From the NCBI GenBank assembly GCA_045592445.1, contig JAZNUV010000032.1, forward strand, positions 1-60,657: 60,657 nucleotides of DNA. The letters run 5' to 3'. This DNA comes from Clostridia bacterium. GTDB taxonomy: Bacteria; Bacillota; Clostridia; UMGS1883; UMGS1540. The notes beneath the pieces were generated by a model, which did no database searches, was not told where the DNA came from, and saw nothing but the letters and a program-made list of their open reading frames with translations. Below, in pieces: positions 9,491 to 19,283 of the stretch (the first letter of the stretch is position 1; every line of letters starts with the position of its first letter). The translations under genes and the position numbers were made by a program.

Positions 9491-10327
9491 ATGGCAAATT
9501 TTTTTAAAAGCAGATTTTTTGTAGTACTTTTGATTGTAACGGTGCTGATTTTAATTTTAATGGCAGTGTCGACTGTCAAAACAGAAAAGGCATCTTTTGC
9601 AGAGGACGCTTTGGGTGTTGTTGTTTCGCCGGTGCAACGGGTTTTTCACAGCATCGGGGAAGGAACGGCGTCCTTTTTCGACAGGTTTAAATCCAATTCG
9701 CGCTATCGGGAGGAAAACGAAGCGCTGAAAGAAAAGGTCGCAGCACTCGAGGCGGAAACACGTGATTTTTATAAGATTAAAAATGAAAATGAACGGTTGC
9801 GCGGGCTTTTGGCGCTCGGGGAAAGCCATGCGGATTATGAAATGGTCGGTGCGCGCGTGATTGCGAAAGACGCGGGCGCATGGTACAATGCGTTTAAAAT
9901 TGATAAGGGTACGGCGAACGGACTGAAAAAGTACGATGCAGTGATGACAAATACAGGGCTTGTCGGCTATATTTACGAGGTTGGCACAACCTGGAGCAGC
10001 GTCGTTTCCGTAATTGATTCCAAAAGCGCGGTGGGGTGTATTATAGAAAGAACGGGTGACACCGCAATTTTAGAAGGTAGCTTGGATTTGATGACGGAGG
10101 GCCTTTGCAAATTATCGTATTTATCGAGAGATGCTCAAGTTGCCGTTGGTGATTTTGTGGAAACCTCGGGCCTCGGCGGTATATATCCTGAGGGTCTTTT
10201 AATTGGAAAAATTAAGAGCCTCTCTGTGGACGCACAGGGCCTTTACTACGAGGCGTTGGTGGAGCCGGTGACAGATTTTAACCGAATTGTAGAGGTTATG
10301 GTCATCCGCAAGCAGGAGGAAGGATAA
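9491..10327 (+). CDS. mreC: Rod shape-determining protein MreC
   Basis: N-terminal TM helix, a coiled-coil (ENEALKEKVAALEAE ... NERLRGLL) and a C-terminal beta domain. ATG 9491 is preferred over GTG 9482 because GAGGTG lies 7 nt upstream. Confidence 0.9.
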   Translation: MANFFKSRFFVVLLIVTVLILILMAVSTVKTEKASFAEDALGVVVSPVQRVFHSIGEGTASFFDRFKSNSRYREENEALKEKVAALEAETRDFYKIKNENERLRGLLALGESHADYEMVGARVIAKDAGAWYNAFKIDKGTANGLKKYDAVMTNTGLVGYIYEVGTTWSSVVSVIDSKSAVGCIIERTGDTAILEGSLDLMTEGLCKLSYLSRDAQVAVGDFVETSGLGGIYPEGLLIGKIKSLSVDAQGLYYEALVEPVTDFNRIVEVMVIRKQEEG

Positions 10328-10827
10328 TGCGGCATGTATGGAAGGTATTGGTGTTGTTGCTTGCTTTTTTGGCAGATACAACAATCAGTACCTACATTGG
10401 AATATTAGAAATATCGCCCTCATTTCTTTTGGCAGTGACGATTGCCATGGCTATGGCTTCCACACCGGCAGAGGCTGGTGTATACGGGTTTTTGGCAGGT
10501 GTTTTGATGGATGTAAGTTGGGGGCGCACCTTTGGGTTTTATACGCTTTTATTTCTTTATACGGCGCTCGGCGCGCGCATGTTTTTGGAATTGGTATACA
10601 AAAACACACCTGCGATTACTGCTGGCACTGCATTTGTGGCATCCTTTTTGTGTGATGTCGTTTTGTGCGTATTCGGATTTACTGTGTGGGGCGAAGGTGG
10701 CTTTTTGTATGCAATCTTTCGCATCATTGTTCCGAAGGCGGCGTATACGGCCATTGCGGAGCTCATACTGTTTTATCCGGTAATGGCGATTGCAAAGCCA
10801 AAGACGGAAAGGAGGACGCGCCTTTGA
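10327..10827 (+). CDS. mreD: Rod shape-determining protein MreD
   Basis: 166-aa polytopic membrane protein placed immediately after mreC (TAATG overlap), which is the canonical position. Confidence 0.8.
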   Translation: MRHVWKVLVLLLAFLADTTISTYIGILEISPSFLLAVTIAMAMASTPAEAGVYGFLAGVLMDVSWGRTFGFYTLLFLYTALGARMFLELVYKNTPAITAGTAFVASFLCDVVLCVFGFTVWGEGGFLYAIFRIIVPKAAYTAIAELILFYPVMAIAKPKTERRTRL

Positions 10828-12845
10828 AAAGATATCGTGTCATTTATTTTATCATTGCGGTATTTGTGTTTGCCGTTTTTTGCCGTTTGGTGGATTTGCA
10901 GATTATAAATGGGAGTGCGTATCTGGAAGAAAGCCGCATGCGGCTTGTGAAAACCAGTACAATTAAAGCACCGCGTGGAGAAATATTAGACAGAAACGGG
11001 AAATCTCTTGTAACAAACGAAACCGTATTTGCAATACGGCTTTATAAGGCAAGCAACATGGATAATACAACGCAAAATGATTTGCTTTTACGCCTTTATT
11101 ATGCAGTTTTGAATGACGGTATATCCATGACAGACAGCTTCCCCATTCGTGGCGGATTCTTTACGCGGGAAGGGGAGAATTTGACAAACTGGAAGAAAAA
11201 ATATGACGTGCCGGAGGATGCAACGCCCCAAACGGTAATCGAATATTTTAAAGAGCGCTACGGGATTTCGGAAGCGCTTTCCAAGGAGGAGGCACGCACA
11301 CTCGTCGGCATACGGTATGAGATGGAGGAAACGGGATTTTCTTCTGAGATTCCCTACACATTTGCGGAAGGGATTTCCGTGGGACTTATGACAAGGCTTA
11401 AGGAACAAAAAATGGATTTCCCGGGTGTTGTAATCGAAACAACGCCTGTGCGCCGCTTTTCAGGCGGGATGGCAGCAGCCCATGTTTTGGGGCGTGTAGG
11501 CAAGCTTTATAAAGAAGAATATGAAGCGCTGCAGGGAAAAGACTATTCCATGAATGATGTAATCGGGAAGCAAGGAATAGAAAAGGTTCTGGAGGATGAT
11601 TTGCGCGGCAAGGATGGACTTGCCCGCGTAGAACAGAGCATGGATGGACAAAGTGTTGCCACCGTGGAAGAGAAAGCTGCAAAAAAAGGGAATAATGTGG
11701 TACTGACTTTAGATTTAAAATTGCAACAGAGTGCAGAAAAAGCGCTTTCAGATGCAATCATGTATGTGCGTGAGCAAAGCGTGTATGAGAATGGCGAGGG
11801 TGCAAATGCTGCATGCGGTGCACTCTGTGCCATTGATGTCAACACGGGTGAAATTTTGGCACTTGTATCTGCACCAGGCTTTAATCCGTCCACGTTCTAC
11901 GAGGACTACGAAATTCTGCGTACCGACTCGCGGGCGCCTATGTTTAATCGAGCCCTTGCGGGCACTTATGAGCCCGGCTCCACCTTCAAGATGGCAACAG
12001 CAATTGCCGCCTTAGAGGAAGGGATTATCACGCCCGCTGATACGATTGAGGACCTTGGGAAATACACATTTTATGACGATTATCAACCTGCCTGCTGGAT
12101 TTACAGAGGTACAGGAACAACACATGGCTTTGTGAATGTATCGGATGCGCTAAAGCATTCCTGCAACTACTTTTTCTATGATATTGGCAGAAGGTGCGGC
12201 ATTGAAAAAATGAACATGTATGCGCAATATCTCGGGCTGGGTGCAGCTACCGGTATTGAGCTTTCGGATGAGGAATCCATTGGAAAGCTTGCAGGACCTG
12301 CCCAAAGCGAGAAGGACGGCGAAAAGTGGATGCCGGGAGATACGCTGCAGTACGCAATTGGGCAATCCAAGAATTTATTCACCCCCTTGCAACTTACAAA
12401 TTATTTAGCGACAATTGTAAACGGCGGAACACGATACAGAGCTCATCTTGTAAAGTCGGTACGTGACGCGGATACGGGCACACCCGTTCGTGAGGAATCA
12501 CCGCAAGCACTTTCAAAAATTGCAATGTCGGAGGAAACCCGACAGGCCGTTATGGCGGGCATGCGGGACGTTGTAGAGCTTGGCACGGCAAGCACAGTGT
12601 TTGAAAACTTCATAGTGCCCGTCGGGGGAAAAACGGGTACGGCAGAGGTGCCGGGCAAGGCGGATAATGCTATTTTCGTCGGTTTTGCGCCATATGATAA
12701 CCCCACCATTGCGGTATGTGCCGTTATTGAAGAGGGTGTGCATGGCGCCAATGCGGCGCGGGCGGTGCGTGACGTTTTGAGTACGTATTTCAGCAGCGAA
12801 GTGGAAACGGATGCAATACAAAAAACAAACGTATTATTGCCATAG
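10824..12845 (+). CDS. mrdA: Penicillin-binding protein 2 (elongation transpeptidase)
   Basis: PBP dimerisation domain plus transpeptidase motifs STFK, SCN and KTGT. TTG 10824 sits 8 nt after GGAAAGGAGGA and overlaps the mreD stop. The listed ORF start at 10665 lies inside mreD. Confidence 0.9.
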   Translation: MKRYRVIYFIIAVFVFAVFCRLVDLQIINGSAYLEESRMRLVKTSTIKAPRGEILDRNGKSLVTNETVFAIRLYKASNMDNTTQNDLLLRLYYAVLNDGISMTDSFPIRGGFFTREGENLTNWKKKYDVPEDATPQTVIEYFKERYGISEALSKEEARTLVGIRYEMEETGFSSEIPYTFAEGISVGLMTRLKEQKMDFPGVVIETTPVRRFSGGMAAAHVLGRVGKLYKEEYEALQGKDYSMNDVIGKQGIEKVLEDDLRGKDGLARVEQSMDGQSVATVEEKAAKKGNNVVLTLDLKLQQSAEKALSDAIMYVREQSVYENGEGANAACGALCAIDVNTGEILALVSAPGFNPSTFYEDYEILRTDSRAPMFNRALAGTYEPGSTFKMATAIAALEEGIITPADTIEDLGKYTFYDDYQPACWIYRGTGTTHGFVNVSDALKHSCNYFFYDIGRRCGIEKMNMYAQYLGLGAATGIELSDEESIGKLAGPAQSEKDGEKWMPGDTLQYAIGQSKNLFTPLQLTNYLATIVNGGTRYRAHLVKSVRDADTGTPVREESPQALSKIAMSEETRQAVMAGMRDVVELGTASTVFENFIVPVGGKTGTAEVPGKADNAIFVGFAPYDNPTIAVCAVIEEGVHGANAARAVRDVLSTYFSSEVETDAIQKTNVLLP

Positions 12846-12898
12846 GATGATGAGAATATGTCCATTTTGGAAATTCGTCAGAAAAAAAGAGAAAATAC

Positions 12899-12927
12899 TG
12901 GACTAATTTCATAAAACGTGGTATACT
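12899..12927 (+). promoter_or_regulatory. Promoter candidate for minD (extended -10)
   Basis: TGGACT (12899-12904), 17-nt spacer, TGG-TATACT (-10 at 12922-12927). Confidence 0.45.
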
Positions 12928-13019
12928 ATTTACGATATGAAGCGGGTTTTATAATGATTGCAGAATCTTGTGCCGAATGGTGCGCAAGGCAGGGAACGGC
13001 ATTCGGAATGGAGGAAAAA

Positions 13020-13826
13020 ATGGGCGAGGTAGTCGTAATTACGTCAGGAAAAGGCGGTGTCGGCAAAACAACAACGACGGCAAACCTTGGCAGTGCGCTT
13101 GCACGTATGGGGAAATCCGTCGTTTTGGTAGATGGCGATATCGGACTTCGCAATCTGGACGTATTGACGGGGATGGACAATAAAGTTGTGTATGACCTTG
13201 TGGATGTCGTAAAAGGCAAGTGCAGATTGCGGCAAGCCATTTTATCCGATTCGCGCTATCCCAAACTTCATTTGATTGCCGCTTCACAAACACAGGAAAA
13301 ACGAGACGTTGAGCCCGCGGAAATGCAAGCACTTTGCGAGGAACTTCGTACACAGTACGATTTTGTACTGATTGATTGTCCCGCAGGCATTGAACATGGA
13401 TTTATAAACGCCGTTTATGGGGCGGATCGGGCGGTCGTGGTTACAACGCCCGAAAATGCTTCCTTGCGTGATGCAGATAAAATTATTTCTATGCTTGACA
13501 GCGTGAAGGAATTGCCAAAGCACCTTCTAATCAATCGTGTGCAGCCGCTTATGGCGAGAAACGGTTTTGCGCCGTCTACGGCGGATATTGTGGAAATGCT
13601 TGCAATCCCGCTTATCGGCATTGTGCCTGATGATACCCATGTTTTAATTGCAAACAATGCGGGCACAGCTGTGGCGGAGAATCCAAAAAGTATGGCGGGT
13701 AAAGCCTTCCAAAACGCGGCAAGAAGGCTTTTGGGCGAAACAGTGCCGCCGCTTAAACTCCGCGAAAAGCAAAAATGGAGCGTTCGTGTTAAAAGGCTTT
13801 TCAAAAAGAAAACGGCTACCTATTAA
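13020..13826 (+). CDS. minD: Septum site-determining ATPase MinD
   Basis: Deviant Walker A VITSGKGGVGKTT and a basic amphipathic C-terminal tail (VRVKRLFKKK). ATG 13020 follows GGAGGAAAAA. Confidence 0.9.
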   Translation: MGEVVVITSGKGGVGKTTTTANLGSALARMGKSVVLVDGDIGLRNLDVLTGMDNKVVYDLVDVVKGKCRLRQAILSDSRYPKLHLIAASQTQEKRDVEPAEMQALCEELRTQYDFVLIDCPAGIEHGFINAVYGADRAVVVTTPENASLRDADKIISMLDSVKELPKHLLINRVQPLMARNGFAPSTADIVEMLAIPLIGIVPDDTHVLIANNAGTAVAENPKSMAGKAFQNAARRLLGETVPPLKLREKQKWSVRVKRLFKKKTATY

Positions 13827-13853
13827 ATTTTTTGACAGAATAGAGGGATACAG

Positions 13854-14252
13854 ATGAATATTGCGCTGATTGCACATGACAAAAAGAAGGAACTGATGGT
13901 ACAGTTTTGTACAGCGTATAAAGCGGTGCTTGTGCAGCATACCTTGTATTCAACTGCCGGAACAGGGGATTTGGTAGAGGATACAACCGGTCTGCCTGTA
14001 CATAAATTTCTGTCCGGTGCGCAAGGCGGGGACCAACAAATTGGCGCCAGAATTGCGTATAATGAAATAGATTTGGTTCTGTTTTTTGAGGACCCGATGA
14101 CGGCGATGCCTTATGAGCCGGACGTTTCTACGATTTTACGGCTTTGCGATGTGCACACCATTCCGATTGCCACCAACATGGCAACGGCGGAAGTTTTAGT
14201 GTTGGGGCTTAACCGTGGTGACCTTGATTGGAGAAATGTCATACGAAAATAA
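13854..14252 (+). CDS. mgsA: Methylglyoxal synthase
   Basis: [18 protein letters not shown] ... GGDQQIG ... [10 protein letters not shown], 132 aa. Confidence 0.92.
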   Translation: MNIALIAHDKKKELMVQFCTAYKAVLVQHTLYSTAGTGDLVEDTTGLPVHKFLSGAQGGDQQIGARIAYNEIDLVLFFEDPMTAMPYEPDVSTILRLCDVHTIPIATNMATAEVLVLGLNRGDLDWRNVIRK

Positions 14253-14300
14253 AAAAGAGCGGTGCAGAAAGTCTGTGCCGCATTTTTTGGAGGAAAGAAA

Positions 14301-14930
14301 ATGTTTGATTCGGTCTTATTTGATTTGGACGGAACACTTATAAATTCCGCGGAGGGCATTACAGAAGGCGTTCGATATGCGCTAAAGAAGCATAATAAGC
14401 CGTCGATTTCTTACGAATTGCGCGAAAAATTTATCGGCCCACCCATACGGGATTCCTTTATGAAAATATGCGGGGCGGATGCGGAAACGGCAGCACAGCT
14501 TCTGGCGACATACCGCGAATATTATGCAGAAAAAGGGCTTCATCAATGCGTGCCCTATCAAGGGATTCGGGAACTTTTGGAGCGGCTTCGTAACAAGGGA
14601 AAAACGCTTTTGGTAGCAACGGCAAAGCCTACATTGTATTCGCGTATAATCTTAGACGAGTGGGAGCTTTCCGGCTACTTTCAAGAAATTGTAGGTGCAG
14701 AATTTAACAAAAACTTTGAAACAAAAGACAAAATCGTGGCACTTGCAAAAACGATGGCCGTAGGAAAAAGCGTAATGGTTGGCGATACAATTTATGATGT
14801 TTTGGGGGCACATGCAAACGATTTGCCTGCCATCGGTGTATTGTACGGTTTTGGGGACCATGCGGAATTGTATGCATCAAAGCCTGAATACATTGCTGCA
14901 TCTGTTGAAGAAATAGAGGGATTTATATGA
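14301..14930 (+). CDS. HAD-superfamily hydrolase (phosphoglycolate phosphatase / 5'-nucleotidase-like)
   Basis: HAD motif I FDLDGTLINS and motif IV GDTIYD. ATG 14301 follows GGAGGAAAG. Confidence 0.8.
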   Translation: MFDSVLFDLDGTLINSAEGITEGVRYALKKHNKPSISYELREKFIGPPIRDSFMKICGADAETAAQLLATYREYYAEKGLHQCVPYQGIRELLERLRNKGKTLLVATAKPTLYSRIILDEWELSGYFQEIVGAEFNKNFETKDKIVALAKTMAVGKSVMVGDTIYDVLGAHANDLPAIGVLYGFGDHAELYASKPEYIAASVEEIEGFI

Positions 14931-15529
14931 AAGTAAATATGCACAATGCAAGCCTTACCATATCGGCAGTATCGCCGCGGCAATATCCGCCCGCAGCCGT
15001 GCCGGAGGTGGCAATGGCAGGGCGGTCCAATGTTGGAAAGTCCTCCTGTATCAATAAGCTTTTGAATCGGAAAAGCCTGGCGCGAACCAGCGCAACACCC
15101 GGAAAAACGGCAACTATCAATTTTTATAATATTGACGAAAAACTGTTTTTGGTGGATTTGCCGGGCTATGGCTACGCAAAGGTTTCCCGCGCGGAGCAGG
15201 AGAAGTGGGCAGTTATGATAAACACATATCTTGAAACGCGCCCGCAGCTTACGGGAGTATTGCTACTAGTGGATGCACGCCATAAACCCACTGCACAGGA
15301 TAAAGCCATGTTTGATTGGATACGGCACCGCTTCGGTCATGTTTCCGTTGTGGCTACAAAGTGCGATAAGCTTGCAAAAACGAAGGTGGAGGAGCACTTG
15401 AAACTTGTGTCGGAAACGCTTGGTATGACAGAAGCCGATACACTTTTCCCGTTTTCTTCGGAAAACGGCATGGGTAAGGAAAATGTTTGGGGACATATCC
15501 TTGCATTGACAGGCATGGAAACGGACTGA
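14927..15529 (+). CDS. engB: Ribosome biogenesis GTPase EngB/YsxC
   Basis: G1 GRSNVGKSS, G3 DLPGYG, G4 TKCDK. ATGA overlap with the upstream gene. Confidence 0.9.
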   Translation: MKVNMHNASLTISAVSPRQYPPAAVPEVAMAGRSNVGKSSCINKLLNRKSLARTSATPGKTATINFYNIDEKLFLVDLPGYGYAKVSRAEQEKWAVMINTYLETRPQLTGVLLLVDARHKPTAQDKAMFDWIRHRFGHVSVVATKCDKLAKTKVEEHLKLVSETLGMTEADTLFPFSSENGMGKENVWGHILALTGMETD

Positions 15530-15554
15530 GAAACGAATATTTTGGCAAGCTGTT

Positions 15555-15585
15555 AAAAAAATGACGTTGCAACGTCATTTTTTTG
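15555..15585 (+). terminator. Rho-independent terminator after engB
   Basis: AAAAAA-ATGACGTTGCAACGTCAT-TTTTTTT (perfect palindrome flanked by A and T runs). Confidence 0.8.
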
Positions 15586-15613
15586 TTGAAAACGTGATTT
15601 TTTAGGAAAACTA

Positions 15614-15642
15614 TTGACAAATATCCATTTCTTGTGTATACT
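15614..15642 (+). promoter_or_regulatory. Sigma-A promoter for the ACT-hom-lysC operon
   Basis: TTGACA (15614-15619), 17-nt spacer, TATACT (15637-15642). Confidence 0.6.
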
Positions 15643-15696
15643 AAATAAGTACGTTTGTGTTTCGTTCAAAGACACAGGCGTTGGGAGGTGGAAAGA

Positions 15697-16125
15697 ATGG
15701 GACAGCTTATTTTAGCTGATGCTTCCGTGTTGCCGGAGGTTTTTCCGAAGGTATTAAGCGCAAAAAAACTCTTGCGAAGCGGAGAGGCGGCAACTGTGCA
15801 TGACGCGGTACGTATGACAGGGATAAGCCGCAGTGCATACTACAAGTATAAGGATTATATTTTCCCGTTTAATGAAATGCAAGGCATTTTGACTATATAC
15901 TTTGAGCTTATGGATATTCCGGGGACACTTTCCGAAATTTTACGAATTTTGGCAGATGCCGGATGTAATATTCTGACAATCAATCAAACTATTCCAATAA
16001 ATGGCGTAGCAAGTATTACCATCACTATGCAAACAGAGGCTATCAAGGTTGGCATAGACGAGATGATGGAGGCGTTATCCGCGCCCGACGGAGTCAGAAC
16101 ACTGGATATTTTAGCAAAACAGTAG
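15697..16125 (+). CDS. ACT domain protein (UPF0735/PheB-like)
   Basis: N-terminal HTH-like segment VHDAVRMTGISRSAYYKYKDYIF followed by an ACT fold. ATG 15697 follows GGGAGGTGG. Confidence 0.8.
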   Translation: MGQLILADASVLPEVFPKVLSAKKLLRSGEAATVHDAVRMTGISRSAYYKYKDYIFPFNEMQGILTIYFELMDIPGTLSEILRILADAGCNILTINQTIPINGVASITITMQTEAIKVGIDEMMEALSAPDGVRTLDILAKQ

Positions 16126-16146
16126 CAAATAAGGAGGAAAAAGAAT

Positions 16147-17325
16147 ATGATACAGATAGCAATTTTGGGATTTGGGACCGTCGGCAGCGGTGTGTACGAG
16201 GTGTTACAAAAAAACAGTGCAGTGATTGCCAAACGTGCAGGAGAAGAAATCCGCATAAAGTACATTGTGGAGCGGCGTGATTTCAGCACACACCCGGATG
16301 CTGCACTCTTTACGGATGATTATAACCGTGTACTGACGGACAAAGACGTATCCGTTGTTGTGGAAATGTTTGGCGGCATTGAGCCTGCGTACAGCTTTAC
16401 AAAAAGTGCGATTTTGGCAGGTAAAAATGTTGTAACTTCCAACAAAGCTCTCGTGGCAGCGAAGGGGGCGGAGCTCTTTCAGCTTGCGCGTGAAAACGGT
16501 GTGCATTATTTATATGAAGCGAGCGTGGGCGGCGGCATACCGATTATCCGCCCGATTGGCGCATGTCTTGCGGGGAATCGCATTACGCGAGTAATGGGTA
16601 TTTTAAACGGGACAACCAATTATATATTAACCAGAATGATAGAGGCGGGTATTTCGTTTGAGAAAGCGCTTTCCGAAGCACAAGCGAAAGGGTATGCGGA
16701 AAGCGACCCCTCTGCGGATGTGGAAGGGCACGACACTTGCCGAAAAATTGCAATTTTGGCATCACTTATCTTTGGGAAGGATGTGGATTATACACGCATC
16801 AGCACCGAAGGTATTGATACAATAGAGCCTGAGGATGTGGAATATGCGTCAGCACTCGGGTGTGCCATTAAGCTTATCGGCATGGCAAGAATTGGGAAGG
16901 ACAGTGTTTTTGCACGCGTTTCTCCGATGCTGATTCCAAATGATTCACCGCTTGCAGGCGTGAAGGATGTTGTCAACGGGATTATGCTGACGGGGGATAG
17001 TGTAGGCGATGTAGTTTTCTGCGGCAGCGGTGCGGGCAAATTACCGACGGCGAGCGCTGTGGTCGGCGATATTATAGATATTGCACGCGGCATTCCCGAA
17101 CATAGCCGCATGGATTGGGAAGCAGGCGACGGTACGTATGTAACGCCTCTTTTCGAAACCAAGACCACATGCCTCATAAGAAGCAGTGTGGAAATTGAAG
17201 ATGCAACCTGTATTGATATTGGACTTGAGGATGAAAAAGGATATATTCTCCGCAATATCAATGAAGAAGAACTTTTAAATCTTGTAAAGCGCACAAGCGG
17301 TGTTAAGAAGTTTATCAGAATGTAA
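16147..17325 (+). CDS. hom: Homoserine dehydrogenase
   Basis: NAD-binding IAILGFGTVGSGV, a catalytic region (GILNGTTNYILT) and a C-terminal ACT-like region. Confidence 0.9.
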   Translation: MIQIAILGFGTVGSGVYEVLQKNSAVIAKRAGEEIRIKYIVERRDFSTHPDAALFTDDYNRVLTDKDVSVVVEMFGGIEPAYSFTKSAILAGKNVVTSNKALVAAKGAELFQLARENGVHYLYEASVGGGIPIIRPIGACLAGNRITRVMGILNGTTNYILTRMIEAGISFEKALSEAQAKGYAESDPSADVEGHDTCRKIAILASLIFGKDVDYTRISTEGIDTIEPEDVEYASALGCAIKLIGMARIGKDSVFARVSPMLIPNDSPLAGVKDVVNGIMLTGDSVGDVVFCGSGAGKLPTASAVVGDIIDIARGIPEHSRMDWEAGDGTYVTPLFETKTTCLIRSSVEIEDATCIDIGLEDEKGYILRNINEEELLNLVKRTSGVKKFIRM

Positions 17326-17340
17326 AAGGGGGATTATAAA

Positions 17341-18555
17341 ATGGGACTGATTGTGCAGAAATTCGGCGGTTCCTCCGTCGCAAATGCAGAGCGCGTGTTT
17401 CGCGTAGCGAATCGCATAAAATCATATTATGACAAGGGAAATTCTATTGTAGTTGTTGTCTCTGCGCAAGGGGACACAACCGATGATTTGTTGGAAAAGG
17501 CTGCGGAAATCAATGCGGCACCATCCAAACGCGAAATGGATGTCTTGTTGTCAAGCGGTGAGCAGATTTCGATGGCGCTTTTGGCAATGGCACTTGAAAA
17601 GCTTGGGTGTCCCGTCATTAGCCTGACCGGATGGCAGGCAGGCGTAGAGACAGATTCCAAACACGGCATTGCACGGATACGCTCGATACAGACAGACCGT
17701 ATCACAAGAGAGCTTGACCAGAAAAAAATCGTTATTGTAGCAGGATTTCAGGGCATCAATCGCTATGACGATATTACGACATTAGGGCGTGGCGGTTCTG
17801 ACACGTCAGCTGTGGCACTTGCTGCGGCATTGCACGCAGACCTTTGTCAAATTTATACGGATGTGCGAGGCGTTTATACAGCTGACCCGCGTATTGTGCC
17901 CGATGCTGCGCAGCTTGACGATATTTCGTATGACGAAATGCTGGAGCTTGCAAGCCTTGGCGCAAACGTATTGCATAACCGTTCAGTAGAGGTCGCAAAG
18001 AAATATAATGTAAATATGGAAGTTGTTTCGAGCTTTGAGGAAGTGCCCGGGACAGTGATTAAGGAGGTAAACAAAGTGGAAAAAATGATTATTCGCGGTG
18101 TGGCACGTGATAATGATGTAGCACGCATTTCTCTTACGGATATCGGGGATGTGCCCGGAAAGGCATTTACGGTCTTTTCAATCCTTGCAAAAAAGAATAT
18201 TAACGTAGATATTATTTTGCAGTCTATCGGTCGAGACGGTAACAAGGATATCAGCTTCACTGTACCGGCTTCCGCTTTGGATGCTGCAGTAGAAACACTG
18301 CGTGACAACATGGATGTTATTGGTGCAACAGATATAGTATATAATACAAATGTATCAAAGGTATCCGTAGTCGGCGCGGGCATGGTTTCCAATCCCGGCG
18401 TGGCAGCAAAGATGTTCGAGGCTCTTTATAATGCAAACATAAATATTCAGATGATTTCCACCAGTGAAATAAAGGTTTCTGTATTGGTAGCACGTGATGA
18501 AGGAGAAGCTGCTGTCCGTGCTATTCATGAGAAATTTAATCTGGCAAATGTATGA
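17341..18555 (+). CDS. lysC: Aspartate kinase
   Basis: IVQKFGGSSV ... TLGRGGSDTSAVALAAAL plus two C-terminal ACT domains. Confidence 0.93.
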   Translation: MGLIVQKFGGSSVANAERVFRVANRIKSYYDKGNSIVVVVSAQGDTTDDLLEKAAEINAAPSKREMDVLLSSGEQISMALLAMALEKLGCPVISLTGWQAGVETDSKHGIARIRSIQTDRITRELDQKKIVIVAGFQGINRYDDITTLGRGGSDTSAVALAAALHADLCQIYTDVRGVYTADPRIVPDAAQLDDISYDEMLELASLGANVLHNRSVEVAKKYNVNMEVVSSFEEVPGTVIKEVNKVEKMIIRGVARDNDVARISLTDIGDVPGKAFTVFSILAKKNINVDIILQSIGRDGNKDISFTVPASALDAAVETLRDNMDVIGATDIVYNTNVSKVSVVGAGMVSNPGVAAKMFEALYNANINIQMISTSEIKVSVLVARDEGEAAVRAIHEKFNLANV

Positions 18556-19283
18556 GTGAAAATATAATTATCGGAAGAAATTCCGTGCAGGAAGCGCTGC
18601 GCGCCGGTCGTCCGCTTGATAAAATTTATGTCAGGAGCGGGGAGCCGGACGCGGCGCTTGGCCGTATTATTACGGCGGCAAGAAGGGCGCGCATACCGAT
18701 TACGGAAGCAGACAAGAGACGGCTTGACACAATGGCGGAGGGTGGAAACCACCAGGGTGTGATTGCACTTGCACAGCTCTATCCGTATGTTGAGGTTAGG
18801 GATATCCTTGCATTTGCAGCAGAAAAAGGAGAAGCACCGTTTCTTGTTTTATGTGACAGAATTTATGACCCGCACAATTTGGGTGCGATTATAAGAACTG
18901 CAAATGCGGCGGGTGCGCACGGCGTTGTGATTACAAAACACGAAGGTGTCGGTATTACCGCAACGGTGGATAAAACTTCTGCAGGCGCAGCTTCGCATAC
19001 ACGTATAGCGCGCGTTACAAGCCTTCCGAATACAATTTCGTACTTGCAAAAGGAAGGCGTTTGGGTAACGGGTGCGGATGGTAGCGGCGAAACCTCGCTT
19101 TTTGATGCTGATTTCAGCGGCGCAGTGGCAATTGTGGTCGGGAATGAGGGCGAAGGTATGGCTCGGCTTGTGCGGGAAAAGTGTGATTTTTTAGTCAAAA
19201 TACCGATGCGCGGACAAACGGAGTCTTTAAACGCTTCTGTCGCGGCAGCACTTTTTATGTATGAGGTGGCAAGAAAAAGATGA
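18552..19283 (+). CDS. rlmB: 23S rRNA (guanosine-2'-O)-methyltransferase RlmB (TrmH/SpoU family)
   Basis: N-terminal SpoU substrate-binding domain (GRNSVQEAL) and SPOUT motifs GNEGEGM and ESLNASVAAA. ATGA overlap with lysC. Confidence 0.85.
   Translation: MSENIIIGRNSVQEALRAGRPLDKIYVRSGEPDAALGRIITAARRARIPITEADKRRLDTMAEGGNHQGVIALAQLYPYVEVRDILAFAAEKGEAPFLVLCDRIYDPHNLGAIIRTANAAGAHGVVITKHEGVGITATVDKTSAGAASHTRIARVTSLPNTISYLQKEGVWVTGADGSGETSLFDADFSGAVAIVVGNEGEGMARLVREKCDFLVKIPMRGQTESLNASVAAALFMYEVARKR

Noticed and set aside
9755-9768. parS-like sequence GAAACACGTGATTT inside mreC
   Set aside because: It shares only the CACGTG core with parS (TGTTNCACGTGAAACA). The flanks do not match and it is not palindromic.
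10665-10823. Upstream extension of the PBP2 ORF (listed start 10665)
   Set aside because: The extension lies inside mreD in another frame. A TTG at 10824 with a strong GGAAAGGAGGA RBS gives the expected N-terminal TM anchor. Similar N-terminal trimming was applied to minD (12918 to 13020), the HAD gene, the ACT gene, the SDR gene, rsmG, glgD, ctsR and mcsA.
17326-17340. Possible lysine (L-box) riboswitch before lysC
   Set aside because: The hom-lysC spacer is only 15 nt. lysC is translationally embedded in the operon, so no riboswitch can fit.
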